From positions 1-51,409 of the forward strand of contig JAGCDY010000072.1 of assembly GCA_017650925.1 (NCBI GenBank): a DNA stretch of 51,409 nt, written 5' to 3'. The DNA is from a bacterium (GTDB lineage: Bacteria; Auribacterota; UBA3054). The notes under the pieces are model-generated. The model was not told the origin of the DNA. It searched no databases and saw nothing but the letters and a program-made list of their open reading frames with translations. Positions 35,883 through 45,314 of this stretch are shown piece after piece; the first letter of the stretch is position 1; each line of letters opens with the position of its first letter. The translations under genes and the position numbers were made by a program.

Positions 35883-37571
35883 ATGCGAATCACCCTACTT
35901 TTGTTAGCGCTCCTTTTGGGCCTCACGGCCTGTAAGAAAGAGCTCCCCGAGACCGACAAAGCCATGAACGCCGGCGACCTTCTCCTGACTACCCAGAGAG
36001 ACTACCAGGGCGCCAGGGAGCAGTACGCCAAGGCTATCGCCATCGACCCCAATTACGACAAAGCTTATCTGGCCATGGCCCAAGCTTACGAGGAAGAAGA
36101 CGATTACAAGAACGCCGCCAAATGGTACGGCAAGTTCATGGAAGTGACGAAATCCGAGGATATGCGCCGCCAGGCCCAGGCTTGGAAGCAGGACGCCGAG
36201 CACAACCTGGAGCTCTTCGCCAAGTCCCAGAAGAAAGAGGAGAAAGCCTCTACCAAGAACGTTGAGGAAACGATAAAGGAAGAGCGTGAGAAAGCCGTGG
36301 CCGCCGCGGTGGCGGAAGCCAACGAAAAGAACGCCAAGCTTCTCGACGAGAGCAAAGAGGAAGCCAAGAAGCTCAAACGCGAAATAACGGAACTGAAGGA
36401 TCAGGTCTCCCTCTTGAACGAGCAGAAGGAAGGGCTTGAAAAACGCCTCATGGCCTTGAAAGACACTGACGACGTGGCCGCCCTCTTAAAGAACCTCGGC
36501 TCCGCCGAACTGGGCCCCGAACTGGCCCAGCAGGTCATAAAGCTTAAAAACGACAACGGCAGCCTGGCCACCAGGGTCAGGAGCCTCGACGAGGTCAACG
36601 CCAGGCTCAGGGAGGAGAACGCCTCCCTAAAGGCCCGCATAAAGAACGGCGAGGCCGGCAAGGCCCAGACGAAGGAACTCGAGCTTCTGAGAAGCAAGTA
36701 CGCCGAACTGGCCACCCAGAAGGCCGCCACGGAAGCCCAGCTCCAGTCTTTGAGAGCGGAGACGGCCCAGGCGCTCTCTGAAGCGAAATCCTCCCAGGAC
36801 AGCGCCGAGAAAGCCCAGGCTCTCGCCCTGGCTTTGGCTGACAAGAATTCCGAATACGCGGCTCTCGAAAAACAGCTGGCTATCAAAGACGCCAGAGTAA
36901 AAGAGCTCGAGAGCCAGACCGCGGCTCTGACGCTTCCCGACGGCGTGGCCGCCAAGGACATCTCAGAGGAGATCACGTCGCTTAGGAAAGACATTGCCGC
37001 CCTCCAGAAGCAGAACACCGCCAAGGACACCCAGATCGCCTATCTGCGCGGCGAGCTGAACAAGGAGAACGGCGGAGTCACCCGCATCGAAGCGGAGGAC
37101 ATCAAGCGCGAGAACGCGGAACTTCAGAGAAGGATCGCGGCCGCCAACGAAGCTGTCAATGACGAGAAAGCCAGAAGAGAGGAAGTTCAGCAGCAGCTCG
37201 CGGCCCAGGAAAAAGCCCTGCGCTCCCTGCCTCCTGTGCCGATGGACAATCAGCTCGAGTCTAAGCCTGTGACCGTCGCCAGCAGCGCCTTCGACACCCC
37301 TCAAACGACCGCTAAGGACAGTTTCACGCCCCTGCCCGGGTCCCAAGTCATCCAGAGCTACAAAGCCGCTCCTGCGAATCCCACGCCGCAGCCCAGGCCC
37401 ACCCGCCGTCCGAAGGTCTACCAGGTCCAGCGCGGCGACACGCTCTACGGCATAGCCCAGAAATTCTACGGCGATTCCCAGCAGTGGAAGAAGATCCTGC
37501 GCTACAACAAGGACGAACTTAGAAACGCCAACGCCCTCAAGGTCGGCCAGCGCCTTTACATCCCGGATTAA
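35883..37571 (+). CDS. Lipoprotein with N-terminal TPR, a long coiled coil, a Pro-rich linker and a C-terminal LysM domain
   Basis: The lipobox is LGLTAC. About 350 aa show heptad-like A/E/K/L-rich sequence. The C-terminus YQVQRGDTLYGIAQKFYGDSQQWKKILRYN...LKVGQRLYIP is a LysM domain. Confidence 0.7.
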   Translation: MRITLLLLALLLGLTACKKELPETDKAMNAGDLLLTTQRDYQGAREQYAKAIAIDPNYDKAYLAMAQAYEEEDDYKNAAKWYGKFMEVTKSEDMRRQAQAWKQDAEHNLELFAKSQKKEEKASTKNVEETIKEEREKAVAAAVAEANEKNAKLLDESKEEAKKLKREITELKDQVSLLNEQKEGLEKRLMALKDTDDVAALLKNLGSAELGPELAQQVIKLKNDNGSLATRVRSLDEVNARLREENASLKARIKNGEAGKAQTKELELLRSKYAELATQKAATEAQLQSLRAETAQALSEAKSSQDSAEKAQALALALADKNSEYAALEKQLAIKDARVKELESQTAALTLPDGVAAKDISEEITSLRKDIAALQKQNTAKDTQIAYLRGELNKENGGVTRIEAEDIKRENAELQRRIAAANEAVNDEKARREEVQQQLAAQEKALRSLPPVPMDNQLESKPVTVASSAFDTPQTTAKDSFTPLPGSQVIQSYKAAPANPTPQPRPTRRPKVYQVQRGDTLYGIAQKFYGDSQQWKKILRYNKDELRNANALKVGQRLYIPD

Positions 37572-37579
37572 TGAATTAA

Positions 37580-39202
<1,623 letters not shown>

Positions 39203-39216
39203 GCTTACCGCTTATT

Positions 39217-39326
39217 GCGGAGCGAAAAAGAAGAACGCACCCCCAAGCGAACTCACGGAGGACGCAAATCAAGGCAATGCACGCGTAGTCCGTGAGCGGG
39301 GGGTGCGTTCTTTTTTTCGCGCAGCG
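39217..39326. repeat. Copy A of a roughly 110-nt palindromic terminator-like element, inverted relative to copy B
   Basis: Its reverse complement matches 40402-40509 with 2 substitutions and 2 one-nt indels. It folds as a long imperfect hairpin flanked by A5 and T7 runs. It lies between the pgi stop (14 nt away) and the hydE stop (0 nt away). Confidence 0.85.
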
Positions 39327-40382
39327 TCAAGCGATTTTATGATCGCCGCGGTCGACTACGATCTCGTAGCCCGCGCAGGCTACCCGGGCGGAAAGACACT
39401 TGATGCATTCCGCCGATTCGCTGCCGGTGCAGATCTTCCCGTCATAGATCGCGTATTTGTCACGGACGCTTACCGGCGACAGATTCGGCATGACGACGTT
39501 CGCGCCGTGCCTTAAGCCTTTTTCGCGGCCCTCGGGATCGATCGTGCCAAGCGCGGTGGTGGCCGGCAGCAGAACGTCAGGGACCAGAAGGCGGATGATG
39601 GAAAGGAGCTTCAGCGTCAGCATCAGTCCGCCCTGCGGCTCATCTTTGAAGATCGTGTCTTTATGGGGAATGAAAGGACCGATGCCGCACATGTCGGGTT
39701 TGAATTCAGAGATGAAACGAAGGTCAGCGATAATGTTTTCTGTCGTTTGGAAAGGGGAACCGACCATCATGCCGCAGCCTACCTGAAAGCCTATTTCGCG
39801 TAGCGTTTTAAGGCAGTTCATGCGGTTTTCCCAAGAGAGATTGGCGGGATGCAGTTTCGCGTAATGCTCGGGCGAGGCGGTCTCGTGGCGGAGAAGATAG
39901 CGGTCGGCGCCCGCTTCAAAGAAAGCGCGGTAGCTCGCTTCGCTTTTCTCTCCAATGGAAAGCGTCACGGCGCAATCCGGATGCATCGCCTTTATCTCGC
40001 GAACCAAATAGATGATCTTGTCGTCGGTGTAATATGGATCCTCGCCGCCCTGCAGGACGAAAGTTCGGAACCCGAGTTCATATCCCTCTTTAACGCAGCC
40101 CAATATTTCTTCATCGCTGAGGCGGTAGCGGTCGGCTTTCGTATTTCCGCAGTTGATGCCGCAGTAGTAGCAGCCGTTTTTGCAATAGTTCGTGAACTCG
40201 ATGAGGCCCCTTACGTATACGGCTTTTCCGTAGATCTTCTCGCGGACTTCCCTGGCGCAGGCGGCAAGATATGAAACAGCGTCAGTGTCTTCTGTCGACA
40301 GAAGAGCTTCCAGCTCGGCATCCGAGACGCCGCGCGCCGCTTTAAGCTTGTTGATAATCGCTTTGATATCCATCGATTTCAT
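39327..40382 (-). CDS. hydE: [FeFe]-hydrogenase H-cluster radical SAM maturase HydE
   Basis: The radical SAM motif is CKNGCYYC. It is collinear with HydE throughout (YLLRHETASPEHYAKLHP, GIGPFIPHKDT, LPATTALGTI, GANVVMPN). The C-terminal Cys triad reads C-x8-C-x2-C (CTGSESAECIKC). Confidence 0.8.
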   Translation of the reverse strand: MKSMDIKAIINKLKAARGVSDAELEALLSTEDTDAVSYLAACAREVREKIYGKAVYVRGLIEFTNYCKNGCYYCGINCGNTKADRYRLSDEEILGCVKEGYELGFRTFVLQGGEDPYYTDDKIIYLVREIKAMHPDCAVTLSIGEKSEASYRAFFEAGADRYLLRHETASPEHYAKLHPANLSWENRMNCLKTLREIGFQVGCGMMVGSPFQTTENIIADLRFISEFKPDMCGIGPFIPHKDTIFKDEPQGGLMLTLKLLSIIRLLVPDVLLPATTALGTIDPEGREKGLRHGANVVMPNLSPVSVRDKYAIYDGKICTGSESAECIKCLSARVACAGYEIVVDRGDHKIA

Positions 40383-40401
40383 TGTAGCAGAAAACGCTGT
40401 T

Positions 40402-40509
40402 CGCTGCGCGAAAAAAGAACGCCCCCCCGCTTACGGACTACGCGTGCATTGCCTTGATCTGCGTCCTCCGTGAGTTCGCTTGGGGGTGCGTTCTTCTTTT
40501 TCGCTCCGC
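40402..40509. repeat. Copy B of the palindromic terminator-like element, inverted relative to copy A
   Basis: See copy A. It lies 19 nt upstream of the hydE ATG and about 110 nt downstream of the guaA stop. On the minus strand it reads as a hairpin followed by T6. Confidence 0.85.
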
Positions 40510-40536
40510 GAGAATTTGCGATGAACGCGCTCTGAG

Positions 40537-40606
40537 CCAAATGTGGCGTGTATCCCGTAAGCAAACTTAGCGAAGCCTGTTTGCCAAGGGATATACGCCA
40601 ATTTGG
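40537..40606. repeat. Second, unrelated long hairpin immediately downstream of guaA
   Basis: The stems are CCAAAT/ATTTGG, GGCGTGTATCCC/GGGATATACGCC (1 mismatch) and GCAAAC/GTTTGC, around a 12-nt loop. There is no T-run. Confidence 0.6.
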
Positions 40607-40618
40607 CGAAGAATGCGG

Positions 40619-41842
40619 TTATTCAAATTCGATCGTTGACGGCGGTTTCGGCGTGATGTCGTACAGCACGCGGTTCACGCCAGGAACCTCAGCCACGATG
40701 CGGACCGCCACCTTGCGGAGCAGCTCGTAGGGGATCTGCGCCACTTCCGCGCTCATCGCGTCGGAAGACAAGATCGCGCGCAGGCAGATGGCTTCCGCGA
40801 ACGTGCGGCGGCCGTCTTTTACGCCAGTAGACTTGAAGCCGGGGCAGACCGCGAAATACTGCCAGATCTGCTTGTCGAGACCGGCGTTCTTGATCTCCTC
40901 ACGCCAGATGGCGTCGGCTTCGCGGACGGCCGTGAGCTTTTCCCTGGTGATCGCGCCGACGACTCGGACGCCGAGTCCGGGGCCCGGGAAGGGCTGGCGC
41001 CAGACCTGCTCCTCGGGGAGGCCGAGGGCGGTGCCGACGTTTCTAACTTCGTCTTTGAAGAGCCATTTAATGGGCTCAAGGAGCTGGAAGTCGACATCCT
41101 CGGGCAGGCCGCCCACGTTGTGGTGCGATTTGACCATGCCTTTTTTGGAGAAGCTCTCGATGATGTCGGGGTAGATGGTGCCCTGAAGTAGGAAGTCCAT
41201 TTTGCCTAATTTGGCGGATTCTTCCTCGAAGACTCTGATGAATTCCTCGCCGATGATCTTGCGCTTCTTTTCCGGATCGTCAACGCCGGCCAGCTTAGTG
41301 AGGAAGCGCTCCCTGGCGTCGATCATGATGAGGTTCATCTTGAAGGTCTCCTTGAAGATCTTCTCGATGGATTCAGGCTCATTCTTGCGCATAAGGCCGT
41401 GGTCGACGAAGACGCAGGTCAGCTGGTCGCCGATGGCGCGGTGCACCAGCGCGGCGCACACTGAGCTGTCGACGCCGCCCGAGAGGGCGCACAAGACTTT
41501 CTTGTCGCCGACGGTCTTTTTGATCTCCTCAACGGCGTTCTCAATAAAGGATTCGACCGTCCAGTCCTGCTTGAAGCCGCAGGAAGTTATGAAGGAGAGG
41601 AATTCCTCGTTGGACTTGACGTTGCCCTCCGCCAGGACGGGAACGTTGTAGCTTTTGAGGACGCTCAGGTCGCAGGCGGCCTCGTCGTCGCCGATGGCGA
41701 CGATGGCTTTCGGTTTCAGTTCAGCGGTCAGTTTTTCCACGGGCAAAACTTCGCAGTAGACCTTGGCGGACCTGGCCTGTTTCGCCACTTTCTGGTTGTT
41801 GTGGGCGCCGAAATCGGCGATCAGAAGAAGTTCTTTGTTCAT
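40619..41842 (-). CDS. guaA: GMP synthase ATP-pyrophosphatase plus dimerisation domains, with a vestigial N-terminal amidotransferase remnant
   Basis: The PP-loop reads SGGVDSSV. Also contains [23 protein letters not shown] and the C-terminal KPPSTIEFE. Only about 93 aa precede the ATP-PPase domain, against about 200 in canonical GuaA. Confidence 0.85.
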   Translation of the reverse strand: MNKELLLIADFGAHNNQKVAKQARSAKVYCEVLPVEKLTAELKPKAIVAIGDDEAACDLSVLKSYNVPVLAEGNVKSNEEFLSFITSCGFKQDWTVESFIENAVEEIKKTVGDKKVLCALSGGVDSSVCAALVHRAIGDQLTCVFVDHGLMRKNEPESIEKIFKETFKMNLIMIDARERFLTKLAGVDDPEKKRKIIGEEFIRVFEEESAKLGKMDFLLQGTIYPDIIESFSKKGMVKSHHNVGGLPEDVDFQLLEPIKWLFKDEVRNVGTALGLPEEQVWRQPFPGPGLGVRVVGAITREKLTAVREADAIWREEIKNAGLDKQIWQYFAVCPGFKSTGVKDGRRTFAEAICLRAILSSDAMSAEVAQIPYELLRKVAVRIVAEVPGVNRVLYDITPKPPSTIEFE

Positions 41843-41872
41843 ACTCTTGAAAAGTGCGTTGGTTACCCTTAA

Positions 41873-41881
41873 ATTATGTCA
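41873..41881 (-). promoter_or_regulatory. Candidate extended -10 promoter (TGACATAAT) of guaA
   Basis: The minus strand reads ATTTTGACATAAT about 30 nt upstream of the guaA ATG. Confidence 0.35.
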
Positions 41882-41923
41882 AAATCGCCCCGAGCATTCA
41901 AGTGGCACTCCGTCTCGATTTTT

Positions 41924-41932
41924 TGCTAAAAT
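41924..41932 (+). promoter_or_regulatory. Candidate extended -10 promoter (TTTTTTGCTAAAAT) of cdaA
   Basis: The motif is identical to those at 27139 and 33368. It lies 26 nt upstream of the cdaA ATG at 41958. Confidence 0.4.
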
Positions 41933-41957
41933 TATTATTAACAATGAAATCAGAACT

Positions 41958-42737
41958 ATGACGGGACATTTGTTTTCCATAGCGCAGCTGCGCCGCTACA
42001 TGGCGATCCTGCACCCGGGGGTGTGGGACATCGTCGAGATAGTGATAATGGCGGTGGTCTTTTACCTCATTATCTCCTTCGCTTCGAGGACGCGCACGGT
42101 CTCTCTCCTTAAGGGCCTGTGCGTTCTGGCTCTGGTCTATATCCTGGCGAATGCGCTGCCTCTGATGACGATCAGGACGCTCATTTCCGACCTGCTGCCC
42201 TCCATCGTGATCTGCATTGTCATCCTTTTCGCCCCGGAGCTGCGCCGCGGCCTTACCGAGCTTGGCAAGAACACGACCTTCAAGAGGACGAAGCAGACGA
42301 ACGCTCCCGTAAGGGAGATCTACAACGCCGTCACAGCCCTTTCCGAGCAGAAGTGCGGCGCCCTCATCGCCATTGAAAGGCACGTGGGGCTGCACGGCTA
42401 CGTCGCTCCTTCCGGCGTCGTCATAGACGCCGATGTTTCCACCCCGCTGCTTCTGAACATCTTTTACCCCAAATCGCCTCTGCACGACGGCGCGGTCCTC
42501 GTCATCGGCAGGAAGATCCACGCGGCGGCCTGCCACGTGCCTCTCAGCACAAAGCAGCTCGCCCAGCTTATGGGAACGCGTCACTGCGCGGGCCTCGGCT
42601 TGAGCGAGGAGACTGACGCTCTCGTTATCTGCGTTTCCGAGGAGACCGGGCACATCTCGCTTTTCGAGGACGGCCGCTGGGACAGGAACGTCCCGCCCTC
42701 CAATCTTTTGAAGCGCCTTTTGGAAGTTTACGCCTAA
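41958..42737 (+). CDS. cdaA: Diadenylate cyclase (c-di-AMP synthase), membrane-anchored CdaA type
   Basis: Three N-terminal TM helices are present. The DAC-domain motifs are GALIAIER, PLHDGAVLV and GTRHCAGLGLSEETDALVICVSEETG. The start is placed at the internal ATG 41958, because the longer 41763 start overlaps guaA and the promoter. Confidence 0.85.
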   Translation: MTGHLFSIAQLRRYMAILHPGVWDIVEIVIMAVVFYLIISFASRTRTVSLLKGLCVLALVYILANALPLMTIRTLISDLLPSIVICIVILFAPELRRGLTELGKNTTFKRTKQTNAPVREIYNAVTALSEQKCGALIAIERHVGLHGYVAPSGVVIDADVSTPLLLNIFYPKSPLHDGAVLVIGRKIHAAACHVPLSTKQLAQLMGTRHCAGLGLSEETDALVICVSEETGHISLFEDGRWDRNVPPSNLLKRLLEVYA

Positions 42738-44153
42738 ATGCTCTATCACCGACAGTATTCCTATCTCCGTCTGATGATGTGGAGCGACGCGGCTTGCGCC
42801 GCGCTGGGATTGCTTCTGGCCTACGGAGTGCGTTTCGCGCTCTCAAGCTGGTACGCTTACAACGCCACGGGGCTTCCCGGATGGTTCCCCGACATTTCCC
42901 CTTACGCCGAGGGCTTCTTCCTGAAGGAGCTTTTGTGGACGCTCCCGGCCTGCATGCTGGTGTGGCCTTTCTGCCTGGGGCACTACGGTCTGTACGCGCC
43001 TGAAAAGCAGCATGACTGGAAGGCGAGGAGGATATTGCTGCTCAAAGGTTCGCTTCTCAGCACGGTCGTTTTGATGACGCTCATTTTCGTCTTCAAGCTG
43101 GAATACACCGCCCGTATCGTCGTGGTCGGTACCGGACTTTTTACCGCCGGGATCCTGGAGCTGAAGGAGCTCTTTTTGAAGCGCTACCGCGTCATAAAGG
43201 ACAGGCAGGACGATTTTCATCTGCTCATTCTGAGGAAAGGACCCGAGAGCGAGGAGGAAAGGAAGACGCTCGAGCATTACAGCGAATGGGGCGCGAAACA
43301 GGTCTGCGTCCTCAATTTGGAAGGCTTGGACGAGGAGACGCTGACGAAGGCTCTGATCGACGGCGAGGTCGACGAGATCGCCTGCTTCTGCCCCTTGGAG
43401 GAACTGTTCCGTTTCCTTAGCCTCATAAAGGCCGGCGGCATAATGGGCCTGCAAACCGTCTGCTATTTCCCGACCGGCAAGGGCTTCGAGAAGATCAGAG
43501 TCTCCAGGAACGAGGGAGTGAACGCTCTCTCTCTGAACAAAACTACGCCGGATCTCGGCGCGCTCACGCTTAAGCTCATTTTCGACAAAGTTTTCGCCTT
43601 TTTGCTGCTAATTCTGCTCTCGCCGCTTTTCCTTATCATCGCGATACTCGTGAAGCAGAGCAGCCCCGGACCCGTATTCTGGCGGCAGACGAGGGTGGGC
43701 CGCAACGGACACCTTTTCACGCTCTACAAGTTCCGTTCCATGGTCGCCGACGCCGAGGAAAAGAAAGAGGAGCTTTTAGATAAAAACGAAGTGGACGGCT
43801 GGGCCTTCAAGATGGAAAGGGATCCGAGGGTGACGCCAGTGGGCCGCTTCCTGCGCCGCTTCTCGCTTGACGAGCTGCCGCAGCTCTGGAACGTCGTCTT
43901 GGGCTCCATGAGCCTGGTTGGTCCCAGGCCCTCTCTTCCAGAGGAAGTCGAGCATTTCGCCCCGGGCGAAAGGCGCCGCCTTTCCATGAAGCCCGGCATG
44001 ACAGGCCTCTGGCAGGTCTCTGGGCGGCACACGCTGCCGATAGAGCGCTGGATAAGCCTTGATCTGGAATACATTGACAATTGGACGCTTCTGCTGGACG
44101 TCAAGATACTTTTCAAAACGATCGTCGCGGTGCTGCGCGGCTCCGGGAGATGA
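42738..44153 (+). CDS. Polyprenyl-phosphate hexose-1-phosphate transferase (WbaP/WcaJ/EpsB-type EPS priming enzyme)
   Basis: The C-terminal bacterial sugar transferase domain is present (KRxFD-like LIFDKVFAFLLLILLSPLFL, LYKFRSM, DELPQLWNVVLGSMSLVGPRP). There are N-terminal TM helices. The ATG directly follows the cdaA TAA. Confidence 0.85.
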   Translation: MLYHRQYSYLRLMMWSDAACAALGLLLAYGVRFALSSWYAYNATGLPGWFPDISPYAEGFFLKELLWTLPACMLVWPFCLGHYGLYAPEKQHDWKARRILLLKGSLLSTVVLMTLIFVFKLEYTARIVVVGTGLFTAGILELKELFLKRYRVIKDRQDDFHLLILRKGPESEEERKTLEHYSEWGAKQVCVLNLEGLDEETLTKALIDGEVDEIACFCPLEELFRFLSLIKAGGIMGLQTVCYFPTGKGFEKIRVSRNEGVNALSLNKTTPDLGALTLKLIFDKVFAFLLLILLSPLFLIIAILVKQSSPGPVFWRQTRVGRNGHLFTLYKFRSMVADAEEKKEELLDKNEVDGWAFKMERDPRVTPVGRFLRRFSLDELPQLWNVVLGSMSLVGPRPSLPEEVEHFAPGERRRLSMKPGMTGLWQVSGRHTLPIERWISLDLEYIDNWTLLLDVKILFKTIVAVLRGSGR

Positions 44154-44542
44154 TTATGAGACGCCTTACGCTTTTCCTTTTCGCTCTATTGCTCTTCGGC
44201 TGCGCTTCCGCGCCGCAGGAAAATGAAAACTACAACAAGATCTACATGGAGAGCTGCCTTAAGAGCGGCATGATGGCCGTGGGGCTCGACGACGTCCTCA
44301 GGGAAGAGGAGGGTTTGCCCGCCGTTGACGGGATGTACATCTCCAACGTCGAGCCCGGCTCGGCCGCCGCGGCCGCCCACATCAAGGCCAGGGATATCCT
44401 TCTGCAAGTTGGCGAAGTCCAGGTCTACGACAGGGAGACTTTCGCCAAAGCTTTCCTTTCCGAGGAAGGCAACAAGGAAACGAAGGTGAAAGTGTACCGC
44501 GGCGGCGGCATCCTAACCCTAACCCTGCCGTTGACTCTCTGA
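44150..44542 (+). CDS. PDZ-domain lipoprotein
   Basis: The lipobox is MIMRRLTLFLFALLLFGC. A PDZ-like core follows (GMYISNVEPGSAAAAAHIKARDILLQVG). There is an ATGA overlap with the upstream gene. Confidence 0.6.
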   Translation: MIMRRLTLFLFALLLFGCASAPQENENYNKIYMESCLKSGMMAVGLDDVLREEEGLPAVDGMYISNVEPGSAAAAAHIKARDILLQVGEVQVYDRETFAKAFLSEEGNKETKVKVYRGGGILTLTLPLTL

Positions 44543-44543
44543 A

Positions 44544-45314
44544 ATGATCCTGACCGTCGACATAGGCAATACCAGGGTAGCCTGCGGTTTTTTTGAAAAG
44601 GGCGAAATAGTGGGAAGGGGATTTCTTTCCGACCTGGACTCAGCGTCCCTTAAGGCCGCTTTCGGGGAAAGAGTTTTCGAAGGCTGCGTCTTCGCTTCCG
44701 TCGTGCCAGAACTGAGCGCCAAATTTTTAGCCTCCTTTTCCTCCTTTTATCCGGGTGTTTGCATTTCGCAGCTGACCTGGGAGAAGGTCGCCAAAAAAGT
44801 TCCCAATTCCATCGTCGTTAAAGGTATGGCGCCGGGAGCTGACAGGGCCGCCAACGTCTACCTTCTTCACAGAAGGGGCCTTTTCCCAGCCGTGAGCGTC
44901 GACGCCGGCACGGCTCTGACTACGGAGATCCTCGACGCGGAAGGAAGGTTTGTCGGCGGTACCATCGTTCCCGGCGCTAGGCTGCAGTGGAACAGTTTGA
45001 GGGAGAAAGCGGCTCAGCTCAAAGATCTCGAGTTCCCGGAAAAGACGGACGGACTCATCGGCTCCTGCTCGGAATCCTCGATGGCCAACGGCATAGGCGG
45101 AATTCTGACGTTCGGACTGATCGAGCTTTTGAAAAAGGCCGAGAGGGAACTCTTAGGGGAAAGCTTCAAAAGCGTGGTGTTCACGGGCGGCGGCTCGAAG
45201 CTTTTCCATGACGCCGCGAAAGAGGTCTTCCCGAATTCCGAATTCGACCCCGATTTTACCCTGAAAGCGCTCTGCGCCTTCTATGACGAGGAAAAAAATG
45301 AGCCTAAGGCTTGA
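44544..45314 (+). CDS. coaX: Type III pantothenate kinase
   Basis: Begins MILTVDIGNTRV. Contains the ASKHA-fold motifs VDAGTALT and GG. Confidence 0.85.
   Translation: MILTVDIGNTRVACGFFEKGEIVGRGFLSDLDSASLKAAFGERVFEGCVFASVVPELSAKFLASFSSFYPGVCISQLTWEKVAKKVPNSIVVKGMAPGADRAANVYLLHRRGLFPAVSVDAGTALTTEILDAEGRFVGGTIVPGARLQWNSLREKAAQLKDLEFPEKTDGLIGSCSESSMANGIGGILTFGLIELLKKAERELLGESFKSVVFTGGGSKLFHDAAKEVFPNSEFDPDFTLKALCAFYDEEKNEPKA

Noticed and set aside
39217-40509. Interpreting the hydE-flanking inverted repeats as the ends of an IS element or composite transposon.
   Set aside because: No transposase or integrase is enclosed or adjacent. I see no direct target-site duplication outside the repeats (CTTATT on one side, GAGAAT on the other). 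Each repeat is an internally palindromic hairpin rather than a terminal IR. It is kept only as a MITE/REP-like possibility.
41843-41957. A possible purine or c-di-AMP riboswitch in the guaA/cdaA divergent region, and a possible riboswitch ahead of panB (33364-33414).
   Set aside because: The leaders left after placing the promoter motifs are only about 20-40 nt. That is too short for known riboswitch aptamers, and I recognised no conserved aptamer core.
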